A DNA stretch of 64,000 nucleotides. It comes from Octopus sinensis. Its lineage: Eukaryota. Positions 52,628-64,000 of this stretch are shown one piece after another (the first letter of the stretch is position 1; the number at the start of each line of letters is the position of its first letter). Position numbers and translations under genes: made by a program. The notes beneath the pieces were generated by a model. It did no database searches. It was not told the origin of the DNA and saw nothing but the letters and a program-made list of their open reading frames with translations. The stretch is from contig NC_043012.1 in NCBI RefSeq assembly GCF_006345805.1, forward strand, positions 49,538,001 to 49,602,000, given 5' to 3'.

Positions 52628-53392
52628 TGTGTGTGTGTGTGTGTGTGTGTGTGTGCTTGTATGTATGTGCTAACCTTCGTGATATAATATGTATTTTAGT
52701 AATCTTGCTATTTAATTTCGTTGTGATAATATTGTTATATACTGTTTCGTTTCTGTGCAGAAAACAACACCGACAGGACTGGATTGAAGTCTCTTTATAG
52801 TCTCATAAGAGATCGCTTCACACCTTCTGTTCCTAGAATGAAATGAGATTGTTACTGATAGTTAGTTTTATTCTACTTAGCACGAAGTGTGTATGAAACC
52901 CCAATGATTTAGTCACCTGTGCAAAAGAAGGAATTGCTTTCGGTTACTACAATACGAGATATAAGGCAAAAAATACATGCCTGTATTTAGATTTGCTAAT
53001 AATTAAACCAACTAATGTACGCAAGAGCTTCGGCTAAATTTGCCTAGTATATAATTTTCCTAAACATTGACCGCAGAGAGAGAAACAACAGATATCTATT
53101 CATAAAGTATAAAAATTCGTGAAAGAAAGTAGTTAGGTCAGGTCAGTTTATGGTTTTACTTTTAACAAAGTTAAAATTCTTTATTTATTATAAGTAACAC
53201 GAGAATGGATTCGTTTACATTTAAAATTACCATAACGTCAGCTATATAGAAAGCAATTAGTTAATATACACACTCACCACCCCATGTATATGTATGTGTG
53301 TGTGTGCATATTAACATATATATATATATATATATATGTATGTATATATATATATGTGCGTGTATGTATGTATGTATGTATGTATCTCTCTA

Positions 53393-53492
<100 letters not shown>

Positions 53493-53683
53493 TACATATA
53501 TACATATATCTATCTACACACACGCGCGCGCGCATACATACACACACACATACGTATATTTATGTTGTACCGTTAATCACTCAAAACGTCGAAAAAATTT
53601 TCCATTCCTTCCGAGCATTAAACCAATACACCTGCTTGTTCTTCCATCACTTGTCTTCGTGTTTTGTTTTCTGTAGATTTGAA

Positions 53684-53717
<34 letters not shown>

Positions 53718-54572
53718 ACACACACAAACAGCTAAGTAGATTGCTTGACTTTTAAACATACGCACAAACACACATAAATACGCATACGTAAATATACATA
53801 TGCATAGATACATGATAGTATACCACCTCACTCATGGTTGCCTTCACCAGAGTGATATCTAATGCAAGCAGTCGGTGCAAAAGACTAATTTTCCTTTGCA
53901 GCCCACGTACTCTGTGCTGATAAGGGCTTGCTTTGTTCTTTTGAATACTACTATATTACCTGCTTTCAAGAGCAGACTTGCACATGTCAAAACGATGCCC
54001 ATCCTTCCTTGAGTTAACAGTAAAATAAAAATGTTTTTCCGGTATATTTGAAATCATAACAACATTAAAATTTCTGTGTGTATAATAAATGCTTGAAATA
54101 GTTTTAGTTGAATACCCCTTGGCAATAGACGTTTCACTGCATATAAGCACAAATTAATTTTCTAATGTTGCTCTTGATGTAACAATCTATTTCTTGTGAT
54201 TTGATGAGCCAGGGTTATTTATTTGCCTTAATTTCTATTGTATAATGTTGTGCACATATATTAATTACTTGATGAAAAGGTTACAAAATAGATGTAATCT
54301 TAGAGATGTTAGCTGGTTTGAATAAACCTATATTCACCTCACGTAACTCGTAACTTTATATCTTTATATACTTGTCACAGAATAATTCTGTCGCTCGGAA
54401 TTTCTGGATTTATAGCGATCGCCCTACGTTGTAATTGAATGTTAAGTGGACTGATAGCCGACTAAATGTGAAGAGCTTGCTGAGAATGCCACATTATTCT
54501 CTGAATCCACATTGTATACTACTCTTAGATGTATATGTGTGTATGTGTACACACACACACCACACACACACA

Positions 54573-54620
<48 letters not shown>

Positions 54621-54629
54621 TTATACGTC

Positions 54630-54810
54630 TGTATTTGTTCCCCTTATCACCACTTGATAACCAGTGTTGGTGAGTTTACATCCCCGTTAATCGGGGTTCG
54701 GCAATAATAAGCCGGGTGAATAAGTGCTAAGCATAAAAAAATAAGTCCTGGTGTCAAATTTGTTCGATTAAAACACTTGACGGCGGTGCTCCAGCATGGC
54801 TGCTGCAATA
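54630..54810 (+). mobile_element. Family D SINE 3' part
   Basis: cacttgataaccagtgttggtgagtttacatccccgt...ggcggtgctccagcatggctgc. Confidence 0.75.
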
Positions 54811-55662
54811 AAATGCAAATTTTTTGTTGAAATTGTATGTAGTACAACGGTGATAATGCTTCAACAGTGATACGGGATTTGTGTGGGTGGTGATAGACAA
54901 GTGGTAGTGACGGTAATGGGGCTGGAGTAGTATTGAAACTGTGTTGAAGAGACACGGCTGACTGAGTCATAACCTCTAGCTACAATACGGTGTTCCGTTA
55001 CAATGGGAATTATAATTATGTCTCGCGAAGGGCCAAAGGTCAGAAATTGCTATATTTGTTGGGAAACTGTAAACTTGTGATGTTCATATCTTTCTCAAAT
55101 AAGAAAAACAAGTGAAGTGAAGCAATTCCCACGTTGCTATAAATAATAATAACACATATGGGCGCAGAAAATATAGGAACACAAAACAAAGAGCGAAAGT
55201 GAGGGAGAAAGAAATATACTGCGTGCACACGTGCGCGCGAGTGAGCGTGTACATAAAGAAAAAGTGAAATCCATTGTTTAATTATAAGATATAAATGCAT
55301 AAAAAAGAGACAAAAATAGCATTTCTTTCTTTGCTGAAATGATAACTTAATCTTAAGAGTTTTATGGTGTGGAACAGAAAGCAATATTTAGCAGAAAAAA
55401 CGAGGCGAAATCTATAGGTAAAAAAAAAATAAAATGGCTGCGAAAGTATTAAATGATGTTATTTATAATGGAAAATTGATATATGCAAGGCTTTTGTTGC
55501 AATGTCTCCCCCCCCCCATACTTCGCACAAGAATCCATATCTAAGCAACATTTCAGCTGATAAATATTGGAACATTTGAAAATTAAAAAAAATTGTATAC
55601 CTAGGTATTCTCAAAGACTGTACGAGAGTGTGTACGCGCGTGAGCATGCGTATGAATGAGTG

Positions 55663-55693
<31 letters not shown>

Positions 55694-55704
55694 TGTGTGT
55701 GTGT

Positions 55705-55737
<33 letters not shown>

Positions 55738-58549
55738 CGTGCGTACAGTTATATTTTAATATTTGTATATTTTCTTTTTATAAGCATGCGTACGTGGTAG
55801 AATTTTAATATTTCCAATAACAATTTTCCTTTTCTTTTTGAAGGTAGGGGATTGTTTTTTAACAAGGACACTCGACACGATCGAATTGTTGTAAATTATA
55901 CGACTAATACGATTTATTAAAAAAGAAAGAAAAATATTAAAATAAATTATAAAGAGAGAAAAAAAGAAGAAACAGAAAATTTATATTAAAAATAATATTA
56001 ACGAACAGATAACAAAAAATAATAACCAAAGAAACCATCAGCAAAATGACGATAAAAAAATTCTTCAAAGGACAGGTTTATTGATAAAGCCACAAAAATT
56101 GCAGAGCGATATCTTAAAGCTGAACACGGGACAACATTCCTTGATTAGCCGCTTGGAATGGCCTATTAAGCAATTGAATTGTAGTTTTTAGTTGCCGTCA
56201 TTGAAAATAACATAACGAAGGAGGAGGAGAAATAGAAAAAAATATTAAAGAAAAAAATTAAAAAGAGAAAGGAAAAAATCTATTCAAAGAATGGAATATA
56301 CAAGAGGAAAGTGGTAGAGGCTGCAGCAAAATAAAATGTATCAATGTAACGTTGCAAAGGAAACAGAAAAAAAACAAGAAAATATACACCCACACGCACA
56401 CAGACACATATATTTGCGCATGTGTGTGTATACGTATATACATTCGTATATTTGAGTGTGGAATATATATATATATAAATAAACACATATACACATATGC
56501 ATATAGCACACGTGGGCATATGCATGAATATATCAAATGGAATAGCAAAAATAAAATGAAACTGAGGAAAACAAAGGATTAATATGGCTTTGTGTGATTG
56601 CATATCAGAAGTGTTTCACTGATTGTTACTTAAATTTTGTGATAATGTCAAGCTTACCCTTCACCAACATAAATCTCAACCGGATAAGTTATTGTTTTCT
56701 GGCGACCATATTTTTGTAATTTCAGTTCTGGTTTGATCTTTGAATCTTTATTTTTAAACGAATTATTACTTGTTTGTTCTTAATGCAATCTGAATTTGTA
56801 TAATTCTTTTTGTGTACATGTACGCGTATGAGATTGTGTGTGTCTGTGGGTGTTGTGCGTGTGACATGAACGTATATTAATGCATGGCTGTGTGTGCATG
56901 TTAGCGATTATGTCTGATATATCTTTGATCTCATCATAAATCATCTGGATTTCGTTTTGAAAAATATGTGCACAAAAGTATGCTTATAACGACGATTGAT
57001 GATGTTGTTAGTACTGTTGTTGTTGTTGCTATTATTGTTCTTGATTTCTTGGATTCTCAGAACTGGTACAACATCGAAAAATTGCCTTATCCGATAGTTT
57101 TCTTTACATCTTGCTTTCAATCGTAGTATTGAGCTTTATTTTGTGCCGTCCCGGCGTAGACAAGATAGTAACAATCAAAAACCGAGCGCCATTTAAGTGA
57201 CTATGCTTCTACTCCATATTTCCATCGAAAAATTGACCTTTGTTAGAAATGATTAATGCAATAACAATTAATATAACTATCACTGAGCTGGAAGAAACAG
57301 GAAGTCATCGGACGAAATAGCATGAAATATTTAATTGTGTCCATTTATATTCCCACCATGTTCAGTCGCTTTTTAACTTTCGTCCTTCTGATTTAAATAA
57401 AAACCACTGTGATGTAATATGTTTAGTATTTCATCTGCGTTCATTTCCTACATTTTTGGCTTCACAATTATTATTTTTTATTATTGTTGTCGTTTGGTTT
57501 CAATCTGCATGTTTGCTGCAATCACTTGCTGAGACACACCCAGCACCCTAAAGGAAGTGAAGGATAAGAGATATTACACTATGACTTAAAGCTTAGAGAG
57601 GGGAGTGGCAGAAGCAGTAGCGAAATATCTCAATATAATACAACACATTGAAATAGATACAGACTTTCTAAAAATGTGGACAGTACTCGTCAGTACAATC
57701 TTGTGGATTTCTCTGAGACATGGATCTCCTGGGACGTTATATAAATATTTTTGACATCTCTTTTTTATCATACGTAGGACACCTAAAATAAAAGGAGCAG
57801 TCCTTGCTTTAAGATGTCACATCAATTGTATTTTAATTTCTAGGTCTTTATATTGACTTCATTTGTGAAATTGCTTTACAGATATATTTTCATCAGTGGG
57901 GACAATTACATCTGTTAGTCTATAAGTATTTTCTTCCTTGTCTTTAATAATTATGTCTGCTTCATTGCCTTGAATCTTTCTATCGGTGTTGACTGGAAAA
58001 TCTCAAAGGATAGTGACATTTTTATCTTGAACGACCAGTAAGTAAGAGTGCTGATTTTCTAGTGTTTACATATTTTCCAGTGTAAATACTGCCCTACGCT
58101 ATCATGAGGATTTTGTATACGTTTCATGTCAGCACAGGATATCCAGAAGGGTAATGGTCTATTGTTTCATCAACTGTGTGGCAGAATCTGCATTTAGGGT
58201 CAGTACCGTTTTGGAGAACTTGAGCCTGGTAGATTCTGGTAAGTAAGCTTTCATATTGTGGCGCCTTCAGTCTCTGCTTTCAATCCTGAGCTTCTCAGCT
58301 CCTGATGGATTGCTGTTTGGTCTACATCAGTATTTTGACTTCAAAGAATATACTGACTATGCAGGGGCTTCTGACTCCATCACTCCTCGGTTTGTTTCCG
58401 CCCGTTCTTTTTTGCAGTTTGCTTGATTCGTTTTATTTCCTTGGGGGCAGGGGGTTTCAGGTTCTTCATCTAATTCAGGGTCAATGCCAACTTCCCTTGC
58501 AAATTTACAAACATCCTTGACAGTAGAGTGTGATATTTTGCTGCTAGTC

Positions 58550-58609
58550 CAGCAGCAGCAGCAACAGCAGCATCAGCATCAGCAGCATCAGAAGCATCAG
58601 CAGCAGCAT

Positions 58610-58695
<86 letters not shown>
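58550..58695. repeat. Compound (CAG)n-(TAG)n microsatellite
   Basis: Direct inspection. Confidence 0.95.
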
Positions 58696-58696
58696 C

Positions 58697-58885
58697 AGGC
58701 AAGCAAGTAGAATCGTTAACACGCCGGAGGTAACGCCTTTCGTACATCCTTATGTTCTGAGGTCAAATTCCGCTGAGGTCGACTTTGCCTTTCATCCTTT
58801 CGGGGTTGATGAAATAGTACCAGTGAAACACTGCGGTGGAAGTAATCGACTAGACATCTCCCCCAAAAAATTTCAGCCCTTGCCT
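58697..58885 (+). mobile_element. Family B SINE
   Basis: agaatcgttaacacgccgg...ggtcaaattccgctgaggtcgactttgcctttcatcctttcgggg. Confidence 0.8.
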
Positions 58886-59347
58886 TGAGTCTTTATTAGG
58901 ATTCCAGCGCCATACCTAACTACTACGACTGCGTACGAATTTATTGCCGAAATTATGTTTCTGACACTCAAATTTGAAGTCAGTATTTTCCTCATTCGCC
59001 GCAAGTATTCGCTTTTTTCCTTTGTCTATCATGTGGTGTTTGATTCCATCTGCCTTAATTATTCCCAGGTATTTATAGCAAGATTGAGGTTGAATTGCCT
59101 CCGTCATTCACCACTTGGTAGCTTTATGCCTTCTGTCCTAGCAAGTTTTCCTCGTATCATCACCATTGAAGCACATTTTGTGAGTCCAAACTTAATCTTT
59201 ATATCATTGGAGAAAAACTGCTCAGACTGGACTAATACTCTCCAGTTCTGCCTTAGTTTTTGTGAATAGCTTAAGGTTGTCCATGAATAGCTCAGGGTTG
59301 TATGTCTTCTCTTGCAGCTTCTGATAATTAGATCATCAATTAAGAGC

Positions 59348-59982
59348 TTATCCTATGATAATCTGCGACACGAGGGATGGTTCTTCAGCGGCACGTTGAC
59401 GGAGATCTTGACAGACTTCGACGTGATGTTCTTCCTTCTCAGTTGTCAGTAGGTTGGGGTCAAACTTGGCAAAGGTATGCCGCATGGTCAATTCATCCAC
59501 AAGAAAGGTCAACAATATCAGTAATGTCGTTGAATGTACTCCGGCGATCTTCATGCACAAGCTGGTGCTTTTTTCTCTACATATCCGGAGATGACGCTCG
59601 TGGCAGATCTTCCAGATCGCTCATCATCGTCCAGGGACGTTCTTCCACCTTTGAAGCGCCCATGCCACTCAAAACATTGCACGCGACCCATTGCCTCGTC
59701 GCTGTAAGCTTACCGAAGCATGCTCGATGTTTCTGTAGCAGGCTTCAGAAATTTAACGCGAAATATCACGTTGGCTCTTTGTTCGAACTTCTTTTCCATG
59801 TGAACAACATACAGGTAACCACTAACAAAAAGAAAATCAGAACTTCCGAAATATACACATCGTTGTCACTCGGTACACTACCTCATGAAGTTCACTGCTA
59901 GCTCTCACTGCGCACGTAACCGTGTGCTGCCATCTTTTGGCGTGCTACAGAACTAGTCCGGAAACGTTTTGATACTACCTTG
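59348..59982 (-). mobile_element. Mariner transposon 5' half
   Basis: TA plus a TIR-like caaggtagtatcaaaacgtttccggactag at the right end; transposase remnant AKFDPNLLTTEKEEHHVEVCQDL...SLVSQIIIG (WVPxxL / IITGDE region). Confidence 0.8.
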
Positions 59983-61903
59983 TATTTAGCGCCCATCAAG
60001 TGTTCTGGATCCCTAAGTTCCTAATAAAGAAGTATATTTCTTTTCCGATATGTTTACAAAAAGAAGCTTTCCAGCATGATTTGGAGATTTACGCATTATG
60101 ATATAATGGTTGTGATTATATTAGGGATTTGATTTAATATCTCTTTCCATTTCACTTCAAAATGGCTTCCGTGAAAAACAGGAAAAAATGAATGCGAACA
60201 TGAACATAGTCAAGCAGATAAAAACAATCCCCATAACACCAATGATGTTAATTCACAGAATTTTTTGTTACCATTCCCCCCACACGCACTCACGCGCGTG
60301 CACACACTTACACACACACACACCAATAACAAACATGAGTCTCAATAATACAGTTAACAACAGCAACAACTCTTGCACTTATGCCAAACGAAGAAAAGAT
60401 GTCCATTAAATTTGCTAAAAACGTTGCTTTGTGTAATACATACTGGAATGCCACCATTTATTTCACTATTATTGCTATTAAAAGTCATGCACTGATCATG
60501 AATATACTTACCATAAAAAGGTCTACGTGACAGTGTTATATAGAAAAATACAGCTGCTTGTCTGAAATTTCATTTGAAACCAATCAAAAATCGAAGGTGG
60601 TGTATCTCCGTATAACCCAAAAGTAATATTTCTTTAGGCCATCAAAGGATCAGTTAATGCAGTCGAAGCTGATGTGTAAAGCCATAGTCCAAAGTTTGTT
60701 GCACAGTGTTGAAAACTGGCGGAGTTGAAGAATCATGCATGAACGACAAAATGAATGTCGTTTGTTTTGACATTGGCTGTTTTGTTTCTTCTCACTTTTG
60801 TAGTAAATTCTGAGCAATCGGTGAAATCAACGTAATTAGATAAGATATGTTGCTTTCGTGGTGTAAAAGATATGGAAGTTTAACTAACATCTGAAGACCC
60901 CAAGGCTTTTCTGGAACTGAGAACGCGTGTTTGTATAGAACTCAAAAAAATAAAAATAATAATAATAAAACGTTTCCAGTACAGGACTGAATGTCCAGCT
61001 GCTACGCATGCAAACAATGTAGATTTGATGACACTCTCCTCGGAACGACTCCAGACGTAGATATGATGGAATCAAGAAGACTAACAAGACAAAAACCACT
61101 GGTTATAGGAGGTACTGTTTATAAAACACCGTTGAGAGTACCAAAAACGATTATTCGCCTCAGTACTGTAAGCAGTATCACCAGCACCTTACTTTTGTCT
61201 TGAGATGGTGAGGACATTGACAATGTACAGTATGTAGCAACGAGTAACTGAGAGAGTAAGATAAAAACGGATAAAGCGCCTCTCCATCTTCCGCTAAATA
61301 AAGTGTAGACCAAGGTTAGGTGTGTAGGACGAACGAAGAGCCCAATCTACAAATGTGAAACATTCCCAGCCCTTCTAGCAAGAATGTACATTACGTAAAC
61401 ATACAACTGAAACAAGTCGCAAGATTTAGAATTCAACGTGTACTTTTGGAAGGAGATATACTCTAATTATGCGAAATATGCAAGACGCAGATTGTTATAG
61501 AAAACCACATAACAGGATAGTGAAAACCACATTGCAGAATATTGACCGTACTTTTTCTCAGCTACTCTGGCATACGAGTTACGACGAGATTTTTTATGAC
61601 AGCTTCTTTCCAGTACCTGCATGTAGGCTACACGGAGATGGAAGGTAGTCTGTGGCGTGGGGTGCGACGCATCACCTGTATGTAGCTAATTTGTCTTAAA
61701 ATTTTCTATATTTAATTCTATTTCATTTATCTATATTCATACACAAACATAATCGTATTTACAGTTACGAATAAGTTTTAAATGCTTTCACTCAAGAGAT
61801 AACTTATACTCGCGTCTCATTTCCTGCAAAATTTAAAATCACCACCAGCACCAGCACCATCACCAGCAACCCCAGCCCACTACTACTTCTACTACTACTA
61901 CTA

Positions 61904-61939
<36 letters not shown>

Positions 61940-62688
61940 ACACTGATATACCGAGTGAAATCGCTGACTCTGTTTTCCACTTTGAAATATTATGAAACGA
62001 AAAGTTTTCTTTAGATTATGTACCATTCAAAACTTCAGTTGTCAGTAAATGTCTGTCCCCGAGAAACTAAAATATGTTTGTCTTTACAGATTTTATATTT
62101 TATTTCCTTTCACATTTTTGACAAATTTCTACGTCAAAACATCTACCAATCAAAGGAAAAGAAAAACATAACCTATCAACAACGTACATTGTAAAGAAAA
62201 CATAACAAAAACGAATTGCATGGCAGAATAAATACTCACAAATAAAACAACAATAACAAGAACAAAATAAACATTTAAAAGAAAAAGAAATTTTCTCGAA
62301 TGTCTTAAATATTATGAACTATAACAGTAAAATCAATTGCAAAAAAAACTAGCACCCAGACAAGTATGTTAATCTTAGATATGTGTTATTGCTTCTGTAT
62401 CGAGAGTTAAACGCTGTCGCTTTAGTGACGGAGATTTTGAATTGGACAAAGATCCCAGGAAAAATACTGACTCGGCGAACCGAATAAAACAATATAGCGT
62501 TCCTTTGCATCGAGAGTTAATTAAAAAAAAAAAGGGAAAAGTGATAGCAGTCGCTTTTGCAACAGCAGCCTCGGTTGAGCAGAAGAAGGTTGAAATATTT
62601 TCCCATAACTCGGACATAACACACTGTTATGTCCAGTCATTCAAGACAGACCAAAACAAAGGTGATTATCAGGTCCATTAGACAAGAT

Positions 62689-62909
62689 CTGGCAGAAACG
62701 TTAGCATGCTGGGCGAAATGCTTAGCGGTATTTCGTCTGCCGTTACGTTCTGAGTTCAAATTCCACCGAGGTCGACTTTGCCTTTCATCCTTTCGGGGTC
62801 GATAAATTAAGTACTAGTTACGTACTGGGGTCGATGTAATCGACTTAATCCGTTTGTCGGTCCTTGTTTGTCCCCTCTATGTTTAGCCCCTTGTGGGTAG
62901 TAAAGAAAC
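62689..62909 (+). mobile_element. Family B SINE, low divergence, Tx1-like tail
   Basis: ctggcagaaacgttagc...gagttcaaattccaccgaggtcgac...agccccttgtgggtagtaaagaaa. Confidence 0.9.
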
Positions 62910-63385
62910 AGAGATTCATATGCTGGCCATTACCTTTGTATTACGGCATGGACTAGCGGTTAGCGAAATTATGTTAAGGAGGTGGGGGATATGTGATCAG
63001 AAGGTATTATGAAATAGCAAGTCCTAATGAACCCGGACTACAGTAATGTGCAGTTGAGGGCACTAAAACACAAAGTGGCCTCAAACTAATGCTGCAGAGG
63101 GAAATGCTTAGTTGCTATACATGTAGGAGTATAAAGCAGACGAGGGCATATAACTCTGAAAAATGGAAATGATTAGGAATGCTGAAGGGAGGAGAAGCAG
63201 TGGTGAGTAACTAACGCTGAAAGAAGACCCGTTATTCATGGTCCAAATATTCGGCCAGGAAGAGTGGTCAATCTATGGCTGCAAGGGACGAGCCAACGAC
63301 GATTCTTTTACAAGAATACTGCTGGCAGTGGACTTCAAAAGTGTCGGCCTACTTGTTTTTGATACTGTGGTACATTTGGGGTTTA

Positions 63386-63570
63386 ACTACTACTACTACT
63401 ACTACTACTACAACAACGACTACTACTACTACCACCACCACCACCACCATAACCACCACCACCACCACTACTACTACTACTACTACAAATACTACTACTA
63501 CCACCACCACCACCACCACCAATACCACCACCATCAATACCACCACCACCACCACCACCACTACTACTAA
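63386..63570. repeat. (CTA)n/(CCA)n microsatellite
   Basis: Direct inspection. Confidence 0.95.
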
Positions 63571-63782
63571 AACGACAACAAAGCAACTGGTAAGTTTATT
63601 AACCCTGATAAAATAGGCTTAGGATTAAACGCTTTTCAATAGTCAACACCCAAGCGTTTAGACAGTTTCATATATATCTGATGTGTATTTCCGCTATATC
63701 CTAAGATATTTGAGTGTGGTTGGAGTGAGATTTGGCTACCATTTCTACGAAACTGTACTACCACGAGACAAGCTCGGAAACT

Positions 63783-63994
63783 AATTTCAAATCTTGGCGC
63801 AAAGCCAAGTTTGAGAGGAGTGGTTAGCCGAATATTTCGACTCCATTGCTTAACTGGTACTTATTTTATCGAGCATGAAAAGTTGTAAGGCAAAGTTGAC
63901 CACGGCGGAATTTGAACTCAGATCATAAAGACAGACGAAATACTACTGAGTATTTTCCCCCGCGTACTAACTATTTTGCCAGCTGGCCACCTTA
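63783..63994 (-). mobile_element. Family B SINE (alternative tail)
   Basis: aaggcaaagttgaccacggcggaatttgaactcaga...tgccagctggccacctt is the reverse complement of the family B head and body. Confidence 0.8.
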
Positions 63995-64000
63995 AACAGC

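Larger units (their letters stand above)
57465..59340 (-). mobile_element. R4/Dong-like (RLE) LINE remnant, interrupted by a microsatellite and a SINE
   Basis: RT thumb YKYLGIIKADGIKH; RLE region DFPVNTDRKIQGNEADIIIKDKEE...DVIVPTDENI...YKDLEI; C-terminal IHKIVLTSTVHIFRK; (TAA)-rich tail near 57465-57490. Confidence 0.8.

Noticed and set aside
58470-58747. PolyT/polyA/polyL ORFs
   Set aside because: They come from the (CAG)n(TAG)n microsatellite inside a LINE relic.
59377-59901. 174-aa plus-strand ORF
   Set aside because: It is antisense to the mariner transposase remnant.

Overview
AT-rich, microsatellite-dense animal genomic DNA with no bacterial features. The SINE, MITE and LINE repertoire looks like octopus (cephalopod); this comes from recall of the repeat families and is unverified. 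Almost all long ORFs in the track are low-complexity artefacts. The window is mostly decayed mobile DNA: at least four tRNA-derived SINE families; Tx1/L1, RTE, CR1 and R4/Dong-like LINE remnants; two mariner derivatives; a hAT transposase relic; and MITEs. A few candidate + strand exons of an unidentified gene may also be present. The most interesting signal is a set of short elements in (TA)n tracts that carry minimal type I hammerhead ribozyme motifs and 5' fold-back inversions, resembling Penelope-like pLTRs or retrozymes (590-632, 36409-36625, 45138-45337). One of them carries the 5' part of a DNA primase large subunit (PRIM2-like) ORF whose stop codon contains the predicted cleavage site. 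Also notable: an unclassified, pseudoknotted, hammerhead-like structured island (27006-27184); a SINE that shares its 3' tail with a Tx1/L1 LINE and seems to insert into its own family's head; and a 28-bp satellite that stays open for 467 codons.
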